From an uncultured Chromatiales bacterium (GTDB lineage Bacteria; Bacteroidota; Ignavibacteria; SZUA-365): DNA of 64,000 nucleotides. The notes under the pieces are model-generated. The model saw only the letters and a program-made list of their open reading frames with translations. It did no database searches and was not told the origin of the DNA. A program made the position numbers and the translations under genes. Of this stretch, positions 1-10,480 are shown one piece after another. How positions within the stretch are numbered: the stretch's first letter is position 1; each line of letters begins with the position of its first letter. Where the stretch lies: positions 1,622 to 65,621 of the forward strand of contig CAZWNO010000009.1 of assembly GCA_964635845.1 (NCBI GenBank), read 5' to 3'.

Positions 1-467
1 TTTTATATTTGGTTCGAGTAGCGCAATGACACCTCCATAATGCTGATGTCGCGCTGCCGTCAGCGATGCGAGGGCAGTCACGATGGAAGGCTTATCCCGC
101 ACGATTCCTTCCCTGACCGCATTTCTCAAACTGCAGAACACGTGTTCATTCCCTGCGAGAAAGACAGCATCCATCTGCGCAACCCATGATCGTATGTCCG
201 TCCTCATCATTCCGGAACAATCGGAAAGGGAACGAACGGTGAGGCTGACGCGATCCACTCCGGAAGCGTATTTCACCACTATCTGCTCGGCGACCATATC
301 ATGCGTGGCGTTCTCGTCATCATGGACCAGGAGAAGGTCCATATCCGAGTACGGCGTTTCCTCTTTCCTCGCCGCGCTTCCTGTGACGCATAAACAGTAG
401 CCATGCGATGTCCATTCGGTCTGCCACAAAGCAAGCGCCGTGCCCATTCTTTCCGGTATTTCCGCCA
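1..467 (-). CDS. Nucleotidyltransferase-domain protein (Pol-beta/MNT-like), 3' end truncated by window edge
   Basis: Minus-strand ORF open from ATG at ~465-467 to the window edge. It is not in the ORF track because it has no stop within the window. Translation MAEIPERMGTALALWQ...CVTGSAARKEETPYSDMDLLLVHDD carries the GS-x10-DxD nucleotidyltransferase motif. Third-position GC is high, like neighbouring genes. The plus ORF 83..400 on the opposite strand has no recognisable features. Confidence 0.45.
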
Positions 468-479
468 TTACCTCGCGCT

Positions 480-760
480 CAACGTTTCAAGTATATGAAC
501 AAGTCTATGATATGAAAATAACACTCATTGTTATTGGAAATGTGGATAAGTGGATAACGGGAATGAAAGCAGGATACATTGTGGAACGAAACAGCTTCCA
601 GGCGATTGTTCTGAAGTTATACTTGATGTTGGGTACTGTTGATACGATGTGCATAAGACGGACCGGGTAGGGAAGATGAATGCCGAAAAATGAAAAAGGG
701 CGATCATCCACAAAAGAGATGTCGCCCAGAGGCTTTGTACCGAACGTTTTCCACAATGGT
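480..760. promoter_or_regulatory. DnaA-box cluster plus AT-rich stretch downstream of dnaA (candidate oriC half / DnaA-titration region)
   Basis: Perfect TGTGGATAA at ~541-549 directly abutting GTGGATAAC at ~550-558. A 60-bp AT-rich segment lies at ~481-540. One-mismatch boxes TCATCCACA (~701-709) and TTTTCCACA (~748-756) follow. Confidence 0.5.
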
Positions 761-767
761 GGATTAT

Positions 768-2183
768 TCAGCGGGTGATGTAGGAAATCTGCTTTTCAAG
801 TTGATCTACCCGGTTGCGAAGGGTGTCGTCATCGGCCATATCGCGTTCGATCGTCTTGCAGGCGTGAATGATGGTGCTGTGATCCCTGCCGCCGAAGTGC
901 AATCCGATCGTTTTGAGAGAGGCCCGGGTCAGGTTCTTTGCCAGGTACATGGCGACCTGGCGCGGCAGGACAATCTCCTGCTTGCGTGTTTTTGCCCGCA
1001 GTGAAGTTTCGGACACCTTAAAGTGATCGGCGACGATTTTTTGAATCTGCTCGACCGTCAGATCCTTCTTGTCCGATGAAATGACGTGCTTGAGTACCCG
1101 TTCGGCGAGCACAACATCGAGAGGTCGCTGTTCAAGCGTATGTCTGGCTATGAGACCGATGTAGCACCCCTCAAGTTCGCGAATGTTGGACTTAACGTTC
1201 GACGCGATGAATTCAATCACGTCCTGTGGAAGATCGATATGATCGCCTTCTGCTTTTTTGCGAAGAATGGCGATGCGGGTTTCCAGGTCCGGCGGTTGCA
1301 CGTCCACTGTCAACCCGCATTGAAATCGTGAAATAAGGCGTTCATCGAGCCCGACGAGGTCCTTCGGCGGCCGGTCTGAAGAGAGAATGATCTGCTTTTT
1401 CAGCTGATGGAGCGTGTTGAAGGTGTGGAAGAACGTATCCTGCGTTCTCTCCTTTCCAGAGAAGAACTGGATGTCGTCGACGATCAGCACGTCCATGTTC
1501 CTGTAGAAATTCGAGAACTCGATGGTGTTGTTGCGCTCGATGGAGTCAACGAAGTCAATCGTGAACTTCTCGCTGCTCACGTAATAGACGCGCTTCTCCG
1601 GATTTACCTGTGAGACATGATTGCCGATCGCCTGAATCAGATGCGTCTTGCCCAGCCCGACTCCTCCATAGAGGACCAGCGGATTGAATGCAGTCTCGCC
1701 CGCGTTGTTGGCGACGTTGAGAGCTGCTGCGCGTGCAAACTGATTTCCATCTCCGCGTATGAAGCTCTCGAAGGTAAATTTCGGATTGAGATTGGTTACG
1801 AACGGTTCTCGTACATAAATCCCCTCGTGCGTCCTCCTTTTTTCCGCTGCCGCGGAAAGGGCGGGCTGACCTGCCGGATAGGGATTTCGTTCCAGGTCCA
1901 GGGCGAACTGATCCTGCTTCGGTACCTTCACCGCATACTGCAGCGAGGCGTTGTCTCCCAGCACTTCACGCAGTGAGCACTGGATGAGTTCGAAGTGGTG
2001 TTCCTCGAGCCATTCATAGAAGTACGTACTCGGTACCTCCACGGTCAGCAGACCGTTTTCGAGGCCGGAGGGTACTATGGGTTCAAACCATGTACTGAAG
2101 GTCAGCGGTTTGACCTGTGGTCGTATCCGCTCGAGGCATTCGCGCCAGACAACGGCAGCAGGCCTGCTGATTTCAACATCCAT
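768..2183 (-). CDS. dnaA: Chromosomal replication initiator protein DnaA
   Basis: 471 aa. AAA+ Walker A GGVGLGKTHL, Walker B LIVDDIQF, sensor/box VII, and a C-terminal DnaA-box-binding HTH (VAMYLAKNLTRASLKTIGLHFGGRDHSTIIHACK). Full-length architecture. Confidence 0.95.
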   Translation of the reverse strand: MDVEISRPAAVVWRECLERIRPQVKPLTFSTWFEPIVPSGLENGLLTVEVPSTYFYEWLEEHHFELIQCSLREVLGDNASLQYAVKVPKQDQFALDLERNPYPAGQPALSAAAEKRRTHEGIYVREPFVTNLNPKFTFESFIRGDGNQFARAAALNVANNAGETAFNPLVLYGGVGLGKTHLIQAIGNHVSQVNPEKRVYYVSSEKFTIDFVDSIERNNTIEFSNFYRNMDVLIVDDIQFFSGKERTQDTFFHTFNTLHQLKKQIILSSDRPPKDLVGLDERLISRFQCGLTVDVQPPDLETRIAILRKKAEGDHIDLPQDVIEFIASNVKSNIRELEGCYIGLIARHTLEQRPLDVVLAERVLKHVISSDKKDLTVEQIQKIVADHFKVSETSLRAKTRKQEIVLPRQVAMYLAKNLTRASLKTIGLHFGGRDHSTIIHACKTIERDMADDDTLRNRVDQLEKQISYITR

Positions 2184-2699
2184 GGGTGTGGGAGTTATTC
2201 ACAAAAAAATTCCAATCGGCCTGTGTAAACTGAAAGCACACGATCATCTGATCGAGAAAAAAAGTCAGCAACGGGCTTTTGACCGGCGAAGGTCAAATCC
2301 TTTGAATATAACAACTTATAAGGAAAGCAACGGGATAAAACTTCAATACTGCGGAAAAACGGCATTCCGCATGATCTCATCAGTACTCGATCGACGTCGA
2401 TGGAGTAATCTTATCCACAACTTGTTCACAGCGCTGCAAAAGGTGGCCGTGCCCGATAGTATAGACAGTGAAAAGATGATTTTCAACAGGCAAAAAGTCC
2501 GCGAGGCACTTGACTTTTCCAAAGTACGGATGCCGTAATGACTTAGCGAGGAAAGATTTTTTCAGAATTTTTTCACGCGTTTTTCCGGCGTCGAAACCCG
2601 TGCATCTTGGTCCGCGCGAACAGCGCGCACGCGGCTTTGACTTGCATTTGAAAGGCGTGGTGCGTAAGATTCCGTTACGTTTGTAGAAAGGAATTTACT
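2184..2699. promoter_or_regulatory. 516-bp non-coding region upstream of dnaA with DnaA boxes (candidate oriC / dnaA autoregulatory region)
   Basis: Perfect TTATCCACA at ~2411-2419, TTATTCACA at ~2203-2211 next to an A7 run, TTGTTCACA at ~2421-2430. No credible ORF. Lower GC than flanks. Confidence 0.5.
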
Positions 2700-3212
2700 G
2701 TGACTGCCAGGTACGCATTTTCGGTTTTGTTCATTCTCCTTGCGCTGTCACTGACGGCGACGGCACAGTTCCGCGGCGAAGAGCCCGGGCTTCCATCCGT
2801 GAGGGATGGCGTGTATCGTAACAGTCAAAACAGCAACATATTGGGATTTATCAATCCTGATAATTTCGAAATGCGGCACAGTGTCTCGGTCAGCTACGGA
2901 TCCTTCGGAGACCAGAGTCTCGGAGTGTCGATGTATACCAACAGTCTGCGCTACCGCATCTCGGAGCCGCTGAGCGTGCGCGCAGACATCGCGATGATGT
3001 TCTCTCCCTTTGGCAGCGCCTCCGCGATGTTCAAGCAGGATCTCTCCGGCATCTTCCTCCGCCGTGCGAGCGTCGACTACCGTCCGAGCAAGGACATGCG
3101 AATCAGTCTGCAGTTCCGCAACGATCCGTATTCGCTGTATGATCCGTACATGAGCCGCGGTCTCAGGGGCGGCATGTTCTTTGACAGCTGGGACGAAGAA
3201 GAGCTTCCCTGA
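2700..3212 (+). CDS. Hypothetical secreted/periplasmic protein
   Basis: N-terminal signal peptide MTARYAFSVLFILLALSLTATAQ. The overlapping minus ORF 2748..3287 is Arg-rich antisense junk. Confidence 0.45.
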   Translation: MTARYAFSVLFILLALSLTATAQFRGEEPGLPSVRDGVYRNSQNSNILGFINPDNFEMRHSVSVSYGSFGDQSLGVSMYTNSLRYRISEPLSVRADIAMMFSPFGSASAMFKQDLSGIFLRRASVDYRPSKDMRISLQFRNDPYSLYDPYMSRGLRGGMFFDSWDEEELP

Positions 3213-3280
3213 CCACGGTCGGCATGTCGTACCAGTGCAAGCCGGGTTACGCGCTCGGCTTTTTTTCGTATATTGACCGC

Positions 3281-3754
3281 ATGGCAAGGGTAAAGACGAA
3301 CAAGCAGCTTCATCCGAAACACCTTTTCCTCAACATCGTGATAGCCCTGCTGGCTATCGTCGTTTTTTTCCTGCTGTACTCGTTCATCACGAACACGATG
3401 ACCGACAAGCCGGTGGACTGGACGACGGAATCGCCGGAGAGCGCGGAGGTGTCGGCGGAGATTATCCAGATAGACGTGCTCAACGGCTGCGGTGCGTCAG
3501 GTGTCGCCCAGCTCTTCACGGACTATTTGCGAAAGAGGAATTTCGACGTGGTCCAGTCGACGAACTACAAGACCTTCGACGTTGAGGAGTCGCTGGTCAT
3601 CGATCGCACGGGCGACCTCGAGACCGCCAGGAAGGTCGCATATGCGCTCGGCATAGAGGAGAAGAATATCGTGCAACAGATCAATCCCGATTACTACCTG
3701 AACGTTTCCGTGGTCATCGGGAGAGACTACGAAAAACTGAAACCGTCGGAATAA
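3281..3754 (+). CDS. LytR_C (LytR/CpsA/Psr C-terminal) domain membrane-anchored protein
   Basis: ORF 3224..3754. Probable start at the internal Met (MARVKTNKQ...). One TM helix (FLNIVIALLAIVVFFLLYSF) is followed by the LytR_C signature IQIDVLNGCGASGVAQLFTDYLRKRNFDVV...VIDRTGDLETARKVAYALG. Confidence 0.6.
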   Translation: MARVKTNKQLHPKHLFLNIVIALLAIVVFFLLYSFITNTMTDKPVDWTTESPESAEVSAEIIQIDVLNGCGASGVAQLFTDYLRKRNFDVVQSTNYKTFDVEESLVIDRTGDLETARKVAYALGIEEKNIVQQINPDYYLNVSVVIGRDYEKLKPSE

Positions 3755-3798
3755 ACGATCATCGGCTCGGAATACTCGATCACAGAAATGGATGCGCA

Positions 3799-4143
3799 TT
3801 GGAAGCAAAGGAACTCGCACAGCTCACCGCGGAACTCGCGCTCTCGAAGAAGGCAAAGGATGTCGTCATCCTCAATCTGTCCGGCCTGTCCGACGTCACC
3901 AATTATTTTGTCGTGTGTACCGGCGAATCGGATACGCAGGTCAAAGCCATTGCAGACGCCATTGACGACGGCAGCCGGGAGCAGGGTTCCCGCGTATGGC
4001 GACGCGAAGGAATGAAGAATCTGCAGTGGGTGCTTCTGGACTTCGTCGACGTCGTCGTGCATGTTTTCCAACCCCGTGTGCGCGATTATTACGATATCGA
4101 ACGCCTCTGGGGCGACGCTCCACGAACTGTCGTCGCGGATTGA
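3799..4143 (+). CDS. rsfS: Ribosomal silencing factor RsfS (Iojap)
   Basis: 114 aa. DVVILNLSGLSDVTNYFVVCTGESDTQVKAIADAI is the typical RsfS/DUF143 core. Confidence 0.8.
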   Translation: MEAKELAQLTAELALSKKAKDVVILNLSGLSDVTNYFVVCTGESDTQVKAIADAIDDGSREQGSRVWRREGMKNLQWVLLDFVDVVVHVFQPRVRDYYDIERLWGDAPRTVVAD

Positions 4144-4191
4144 TTTCAGACCGCCCGCCTCGTTTTCTCCACCACCCATACAGCACGGATC

Positions 4192-5823
4192 ATGAAGGAT
4201 TATCTGAGAGCACAGCTTGCGCTTGCGCTGTCCACTCTGGGACTGGAAGCGCCGGCCGACGATATTCAGTTTGAAAAACCCAAGATTGCCGGCCACGGCG
4301 ACCTTTCGACGAATGTCGCGATGATCCTGGCACGCGCGGCGCGGAAAAATCCTCGTCAGGTCGCGCAGGATATCGTGGACATCCTGCGACTTGATGCACG
4401 GAAAATATCCTCAGTGGATATCGCAGGTCCGGGTTTCATCAACTTCCGGTTTGCCGGCACACACCTTTCCGAAGGACTCAGGGATATCCTCGAGCGAGGC
4501 GACCGATACGGTGCGAGCGACGAGCATGCCGGGAAATCCGTAAACGTCGAATGGGTAAGTGCAAATCCTACCGGTCCGCTGCACGCGGGGCACGGCCGCC
4601 AGGTCTGCATCGGTGCCACGATCTGCTCCCTGCTGGAATGGACCGGATGGAGCGTGACCCGCGAATACTATTTCAACAATGCCGGCAGCCAGATGAACAA
4701 TCTGGCAATAAGCATCCGCGAGCGATATCGCGGCTTGCTTGGTGAGCAGGTGTCGGATGAAAACATCCATTATGCCGGCGACTATATCAGCACGATTGCC
4801 CGGAAAATCCTGGATGAAGAAGGCGATGCGAAGAAGGATGCGCCGCTGGAGTATTTCCGAAAACAAGGCGAAACGCAGTGTTTCGCCATGATACGGCACA
4901 CACTCGATACGCTCAGAGTGCATCACGACATCTTCTATAACGAGGACAGTCTTTATAACGAAGGGAAGATCGAAGCCGTCCTCGCGGCACTGCGCGAAAC
5001 GGACCTGGTCTATGACAAGGATGACGCCATCTGGCTCCGGACCACGGCCTTCGGAGCGGACAAGGATCGCGTTATCGTCAAGAGCAGCGGCGAGCCGACA
5101 TACAGACTGCCTGATATCGCCTACCATCGGGAGAAAGTTCTCCGCAAATACGATCGCATCATCGATATCTTCGGGGCGGATCACATCGCCACGATACCCG
5201 ATGTGCTGGCCGCACTTCGCGCGATTGGTCTTGCGACGGATCATATCGACGTGATCATCCATCAGATGGTGAGCTTCGTGCATGAAGGCGAAGCCGTGAA
5301 GATGAGCAAGCGTTCAGGCAACGTCTACTATCTCGATGATCTTATCGCGGATGTCGGAGCTGATGCCGTACGATATTTTTTCATCATGCGGGGTGCCGCG
5401 TCGCATCTTGAATTCGACATCAAGCTGGCGCAGGAACAGAGCGAGAACAATCCCGTGTACTACCTGCAATACGCCCATGCACGCATCGCGAGTATCTTGC
5501 GCTTCGCTGAAACCGAGGCCGTCGGCGAAGAGAACGTCGCCGACCTCTCCCTGCTGAATCATGAATCGGAAGTGACCTTGATCAAGGAACTCCTGCGTTT
5601 TCCGGAGTGGGTGGTCGTATCCGCGCGTACGTATGAGACGCAGCATCTGTGCACATACTTGAACAACTGCGCGACGGCGTTCCACAAGTTCTACCACGAC
5701 TGTCGCGTCGTGACAGATGACCGGGCGCTGAGCGGAGCGCGGCTCGCCCTGTGCCGTGCGACGAAGCAGGTGCTGCGTAACGGCTTCGCCATCATCGGCA
5801 TAGACGCGCCGGACAAAATGTAA
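4192..5823 (+). CDS. argS: Arginine--tRNA ligase
   Basis: 543 aa. Class I HIGH motif region SANPTGPLHAGHGR and a KMSKS-like MSKRSGN. C-terminal DALR anticodon-binding region. Ends in terminal Met as is typical. Confidence 0.95.
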   Translation: MKDYLRAQLALALSTLGLEAPADDIQFEKPKIAGHGDLSTNVAMILARAARKNPRQVAQDIVDILRLDARKISSVDIAGPGFINFRFAGTHLSEGLRDILERGDRYGASDEHAGKSVNVEWVSANPTGPLHAGHGRQVCIGATICSLLEWTGWSVTREYYFNNAGSQMNNLAISIRERYRGLLGEQVSDENIHYAGDYISTIARKILDEEGDAKKDAPLEYFRKQGETQCFAMIRHTLDTLRVHHDIFYNEDSLYNEGKIEAVLAALRETDLVYDKDDAIWLRTTAFGADKDRVIVKSSGEPTYRLPDIAYHREKVLRKYDRIIDIFGADHIATIPDVLAALRAIGLATDHIDVIIHQMVSFVHEGEAVKMSKRSGNVYYLDDLIADVGADAVRYFFIMRGAASHLEFDIKLAQEQSENNPVYYLQYAHARIASILRFAETEAVGEENVADLSLLNHESEVTLIKELLRFPEWVVVSARTYETQHLCTYLNNCATAFHKFYHDCRVVTDDRALSGARLALCRATKQVLRNGFAIIGIDAPDKM

Positions 5824-5825
5824 CC

Positions 5826-6533
5826 TCAGAAGTAGTACGCCAATCCCGCGCAGTACGCGTTGCCGTTGAGATTGATGTTGGAACGGAAAACGTCGGTCTG
5901 AAGTGGATGGGTCACGCCGGCGGCAGTGACAGATGGCTGGAGGAAACGGTTTTCGACGCTGACCTGCGGATCGCGGAAGAGCAGGTTGAACCGCAAGCCA
6001 ACGTGTTCCAGAACGAGATATTCGGCCCCTATCAGTACGTGAATGCCGATCGCCGGTGTCGCGGAGATGTGTTCCGCTTCGATACCCGCAATCGCATGGA
6101 TCCTCCTGCCGCTGTACACGCCGAGACCACCGCCGACGTACATGTCGAAGCGATCCCCGGAGAACGGCAAGGAGAACAGTGCGCTGCCCTCGAACAGCAT
6201 CATCGTGAAGCCATGCGAAACAGACGAACCGCCGTATTCCTGCTCGACTTCGCGTGTGATGAATTCTCCGCGGAATTCCACCGCGATCGTGGGAAACACC
6301 CTGTAGCGCCAGGATGCCGCCGCGCCGAACGATCCTCCCAATCCCTGGGTCTGCTGCCGCAGTGTCGGATCGGGTGACTGCGGGAACAGGAAAATACGCG
6401 CGTCGTCATTGAAGCTTCCGTACACGGCAACGCTATGATCCGTGCGCTGCCCCATCGCGGCAGCGGACAGCAGCACAAAAAGACACCCCCGAATGAGCGT
6501 TGAGACCAACAGCTGCCTTCGGGGGTGTTTCAT
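5826..6533 (-). CDS. Outer-membrane beta-barrel protein (OmpA-like/porin-type small barrel)
   Basis: Signal peptide (LLVSTLIRGCLFVLLSAAAMGQ), alternating hydrophobic beta-strand pattern, C-terminal aromatic ...AGLAYYF. Confidence 0.55.
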   Translation of the reverse strand: MKHPRRQLLVSTLIRGCLFVLLSAAAMGQRTDHSVAVYGSFNDDARIFLFPQSPDPTLRQQTQGLGGSFGAAASWRYRVFPTIAVEFRGEFITREVEQEYGGSSVSHGFTMMLFEGSALFSLPFSGDRFDMYVGGGLGVYSGRRIHAIAGIEAEHISATPAIGIHVLIGAEYLVLEHVGLRFNLLFRDPQVSVENRFLQPSVTAAGVTHPLQTDVFRSNINLNGNAYCAGLAYYF

Positions 6534-6609
6534 ATGGTTCCTTGCTTTCGTGGTCAGGAAACCCGGCTCATTTCTCTCATGTGACGAATGCGCGTCGATG
6601 TGGTTTCGA

Positions 6610-8712
6610 TCAACGGAAGAACTTATCCCGGTTGTCGACGATGTCGATCTCGTTGCGCCGCTGTTCGATCCACGACTGAATGAATTCGTTCTGAGTCGAA
6701 GACAACAACTGCTGGCGGATTTCGTCCTTTTTCACCTTGTATGCAGTGTCATCGAAGGCGGATTTGCTGTCGAGACGCGCGACATAGACACCGCGCTGAC
6801 CGCGGAATGGCGCGGTGATGCCACCGGGCTTCAATCCGAGCATGCGGCCGATGAATGCCTGGTCGGCACCGACATTAGGTACGCCTGCCTGAATTTTGTA
6901 GGGCGGGGTTGTCGCAACCACGAGTCCCGACCGGGATGCGGCGATCTGCTCGAGGGACTTGCCCTTCGTCGCGATCGACTGTGCTTTCTTGAGGGTGTTC
7001 GCCACCTGGCGATCGTACACGACCTGCGGTTTGATCTGCTCGCGCACTTCGTCAAGGGCGCGGTATCCTGCCGGACGCTCTTCGGCTACCATCGCAACGG
7101 TATATCCAGCGCTCGACTGATGCACTTCGCTGATCTCTCCGACGCCATTCTCAAACGCGAATTTCACAAGAGCGGGATTCGTGCCGAGATTCGGAATGTA
7201 TGAACCGGTCTGCTTCGCAAATTCGGGTGTCTCCATCACTTGAAGCTTCTGTGCGGCGGCTTCGGCTTCGAATCCGTTTTCCGTCGCGAAGTACGCGAAA
7301 TCACGCGCACGCTCAAAAATGGCGTCACGAGTGCCGCTGCCCGAGCGGATATCCATGCGGAGTTCCGCCATCTGGAGTTCGCGGGAGGAACGATCGTGCA
7401 CCTTGATGACATGGTAGCCGAACTGCGTTTTAACGACACCCTTGATATCGCCCGGGCGCGCACCAAAGACGGCGTCTTCGAATTCCTTGACCATGCGATC
7501 CTTTCCAAACCAGGAGAGATCGCCGCCGCGCTCGGCAGCACCCGGCTCTTCGGAATACTGCGCTGCGAGTGCTGCGAAGTCCGCGCCGGACTTGGCCTTT
7601 GCGAGGACCTGTTCCGCTTTCGCCTTCTGTGCAGCATCATCCTGTCCGCCGTCGGTACGGAGGAGGATATGCGAGGCATGATACATGACGTTTTCAGAAG
7701 TACGTTCCCCGAGGATCTTGTAGATGGACAGCCCTGTTTCGTTGGGCACAGGACCCACGATTGAACCGACAGACTGGGAGAAGACCTGTTTTGCGACCTC
7801 GGCACCGACCTGATCGCGCGTAAACCAGCGCGTCGAATCGTAAGGCTGCACGGAGTTGTTGGCGACGAGTTCGAGGAAGTCTTCGCCGCCGACAGCAAGC
7901 TCCTTCAGCGTATTGAGTTCGTTTACGACAGCGCTGGTATCGCCTTTCGAGGGAACATCCGGGAAAACGACATACTTGAGCTTGCGCATGTCCTCTGTCT
8001 TGAAACGCTCCTTGTTCTTCTCGTAGAAGCGCTCGTACTCGGCCTGCGATGGTGCGGCGGTATCGGCACCGGCGAACACGCGCGGATCGAAGAAGACATA
8101 GCTGCTGACGAAATCGATGTTCTGTTCGACGAATTTCGAACGGATGGTTCCTTCGGAAACAAGGACGGACGAAGTGAGGATGTTCGTCAGCTTGGAACGA
8201 AGCAGCTCGGAGCGCAGCTGGGATTCGATCGCCACGAGAGCCTGCTGATTTTCAGGACCGGGATTGCGAAGGAACTGCTGATAGGCATCCCTGTTGAAAC
8301 GACCCGTGGAGTCCGTGAAGTACTGAGCGAGCTGCTGCGGCGGTTCATCGCTGAACACCCAGTCGGTGATCTCCTCATCGGAAACGGTGATTCCGAATTC
8401 CTCGATGGCCTGCTCGACGATCGTCTGCGTCACGAAATCATTCCAGACCTGTTCACGGATCTGCATGTAATCGTTTTCCGTGAGATCACGGCCGTTGTTT
8501 TGTTCCTTGCGCTGTTCGGCGGCACGCTCGACGACGTCCTGGAACTCCTGGTAGGAGATGGCTTTCCCACCAATGCTTCCGATTTCGTTCATCGAGCCCT
8601 GCATGATCGAACCGAGGTCAAGGTCGCTGAAGACCCAGAACGCAACGAAGACGACCGCGAAAGCCATGATGAAGACGTGCGCATTGTCGCGCATTTTGGT
8701 CATCATACCCAT
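6610..8712 (-). CDS. ppiD: Periplasmic chaperone / peptidyl-prolyl cis-trans isomerase, PpiD/SurA-like
   Basis: 700 aa. N-terminal membrane anchor, SurA_N-like region, PpiC-type rotamase domain (ASHILLRTDGG...GDLSWFGKDRMVKEFEDAVFGARPGDIKGVVKTQFGYHVIKV). Confidence 0.75.
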   Translation of the reverse strand: MGMMTKMRDNAHVFIMAFAVVFVAFWVFSDLDLGSIMQGSMNEIGSIGGKAISYQEFQDVVERAAEQRKEQNNGRDLTENDYMQIREQVWNDFVTQTIVEQAIEEFGITVSDEEITDWVFSDEPPQQLAQYFTDSTGRFNRDAYQQFLRNPGPENQQALVAIESQLRSELLRSKLTNILTSSVLVSEGTIRSKFVEQNIDFVSSYVFFDPRVFAGADTAAPSQAEYERFYEKNKERFKTEDMRKLKYVVFPDVPSKGDTSAVVNELNTLKELAVGGEDFLELVANNSVQPYDSTRWFTRDQVGAEVAKQVFSQSVGSIVGPVPNETGLSIYKILGERTSENVMYHASHILLRTDGGQDDAAQKAKAEQVLAKAKSGADFAALAAQYSEEPGAAERGGDLSWFGKDRMVKEFEDAVFGARPGDIKGVVKTQFGYHVIKVHDRSSRELQMAELRMDIRSGSGTRDAIFERARDFAYFATENGFEAEAAAQKLQVMETPEFAKQTGSYIPNLGTNPALVKFAFENGVGEISEVHQSSAGYTVAMVAEERPAGYRALDEVREQIKPQVVYDRQVANTLKKAQSIATKGKSLEQIAASRSGLVVATTPPYKIQAGVPNVGADQAFIGRMLGLKPGGITAPFRGQRGVYVARLDSKSAFDDTAYKVKKDEIRQQLLSSTQNEFIQSWIEQRRNEIDIVDNRDKFFR

Positions 8713-8881
8713 GTCAAACTACTCCACGTATGAAGAACAGATATACAAGCTTACAAATATATGGGAGTTGCCCTTATGATGCAATGCATGCGGCCTTCTC
8801 CCCGGTGCTCTCCGGGTTGGGCAAAAAAAGACCCTGCGGCGCTGGAATCCGCAGGGTCGAAAAATGCCGGACATCGACCCG

Positions 8882-10366
8882 TCAGAAACGGTACACGAGC
8901 CCGAACATAAGGCGCGAGACATCGATTTCCTGGTCAGCGCGGAAGGCCTCGTCGGGTACGTCGATATCCGGATCGGTGTAGTTGTATGAGAAAGTGGTGT
9001 AATTGGACATCGTGTATGCCGCATGAATGGCAAAATTATTCTCGAATTCGTATCCGAGTCCAGCGGAGATGGTTTTGATGTCGTAATCCGCTTTTTCCTC
9101 GTCCGCTTCCCAGGGCGAATACCGGTAGCCGAAGCCACCGCGAAGGACCAGACCGGTTTTGGGGATCGAGAATTCGGCGCCGATGCGGAAATTATTGGTC
9201 GCACGGAAGAGCTTGCGGATGTCGTGGTTGAGCGGACTCGATTCAAAATTGTTGGTATCACCGAATTCCAGATCCGAATAGTCCACGATCTCGAAATCGC
9301 CGCTGACGGTCGCGTACTCGACCGGCGACCAGGAGGCGCCGACGCTGTAGACCGGCGACGTCGTGATATCGTAGTTGTTGTTGTCGATGTTCAGCTCGTA
9401 GCTCAGATTTGCGTCCGCGAATCTGGCGGATCCCGATTTGGTGTAATCTTCGCTGATCGTGATCATATTCGCCGTCTGTACTGCCACGCCGAATCGCGCC
9501 ACATCGTTGAGGTTGTAGAGAAAGCCGAAGCGCATATTCCAACCCGAGATGTCCTGCTCCCAATCTTCATCGAGTTCCAGTCGCTGGAAGTCTGTGCGCG
9601 TGACGTTGTCGATGCCCACAATCGCATCCTGCCAGACGTTATTGACGTCCTCCTCGATGAAAGAGCGTTCATAGCGATAGGACCCGGAGAGGATATTGAG
9701 AGACAAACCTATCATCGCATTGGGAGCGACTTCGAGGCTGCCGCCGAAGCTCCACTGGTTCAGTCCGCCGTCTTCTAACTGCTCGATCGTCTGCTGGACA
9801 CGGTTGGCGACAGGTATGGCAAACCAGCCTGGCTTTCCCTCGTCGATATAGCTCAGCACAAGCGTGTCTTCGAGCCCGAGGTTCCATGCAAAATCCAGTT
9901 CCTCGTCGTCGGCGTTGTAAAGTGAAGACTGGATCGAACTCTGGGGATTGTACACGTCCATCTGCATGGTGCCGGTATAATCGAGGAGTCGATTATAGCC
10001 CGCCGCGACCACAAAGCTGCCACGGGCCACGGGGAAGGGGATCGCCAGGTTCAGGTTGTTGAAGACCGTCCCGTTTTCGCTGCCATTTGCCTGCACACCG
10101 AACATGCTCGCATCGTTGTTCATGCCGATATTCGAGAGTCCGAAGGAAAACTCGCGCATGCGCAGCTGGCCGAGACCAGCCGGATTCCAGTACAGGGCCG
10201 AGGCATCGTTTGCGAGTCCCACGAACGCGTTGCCCATTCCGGCACTGCGGGCACTGACCAGGTCTCCGGTGTGCGAGAGCCGCAGGGCGTCCTCAACGGT
10301 CTGGGCGCGGGCATTGGCTGCAAGGATCATCATCATGAATAGGGAAAGAAATATCGCGCGTTTCAT
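8882..10366 (-). CDS. FadL/PorV/PorQ-like 14-strand outer-membrane beta-barrel protein
   Basis: ORF runs to 10435. Likely start is MKRAIFLSLFMMMILAANARAQ (signal peptide). N-terminal SAGMGNAFVGLANDASALYWNPAGL motif is characteristic of FadL-family/PorV-like barrels. Ends ...GLVYRF. Confidence 0.6.
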   Translation of the reverse strand: MKRAIFLSLFMMMILAANARAQTVEDALRLSHTGDLVSARSAGMGNAFVGLANDASALYWNPAGLGQLRMREFSFGLSNIGMNNDASMFGVQANGSENGTVFNNLNLAIPFPVARGSFVVAAGYNRLLDYTGTMQMDVYNPQSSIQSSLYNADDEELDFAWNLGLEDTLVLSYIDEGKPGWFAIPVANRVQQTIEQLEDGGLNQWSFGGSLEVAPNAMIGLSLNILSGSYRYERSFIEEDVNNVWQDAIVGIDNVTRTDFQRLELDEDWEQDISGWNMRFGFLYNLNDVARFGVAVQTANMITISEDYTKSGSARFADANLSYELNIDNNNYDITTSPVYSVGASWSPVEYATVSGDFEIVDYSDLEFGDTNNFESSPLNHDIRKLFRATNNFRIGAEFSIPKTGLVLRGGFGYRYSPWEADEEKADYDIKTISAGLGYEFENNFAIHAAYTMSNYTTFSYNYTDPDIDVPDEAFRADQEIDVSRLMFGLVYRF

Positions 10367-10480
10367 TATAACCTCCAGATGAACCAGGCCGGCAGGGTGT
10401 GTCGATATTCCACCGGCCTGGGACAGGGTGCTCATGGTGTGTGTATCTGATGGACTCGGTACGGAAATTCTGTGTCGATG

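Noticed and set aside
83-400. 105-aa plus ORF at window start
   Set aside because: It overlaps a minus-strand frame that carries a clear nucleotidyltransferase motif. The plus translation is featureless.
2748-3287. 179-aa minus ORF
   Set aside because: It overlaps the signal-peptide-bearing plus ORF 2700..3212. Arg/His-rich nonsense translation.
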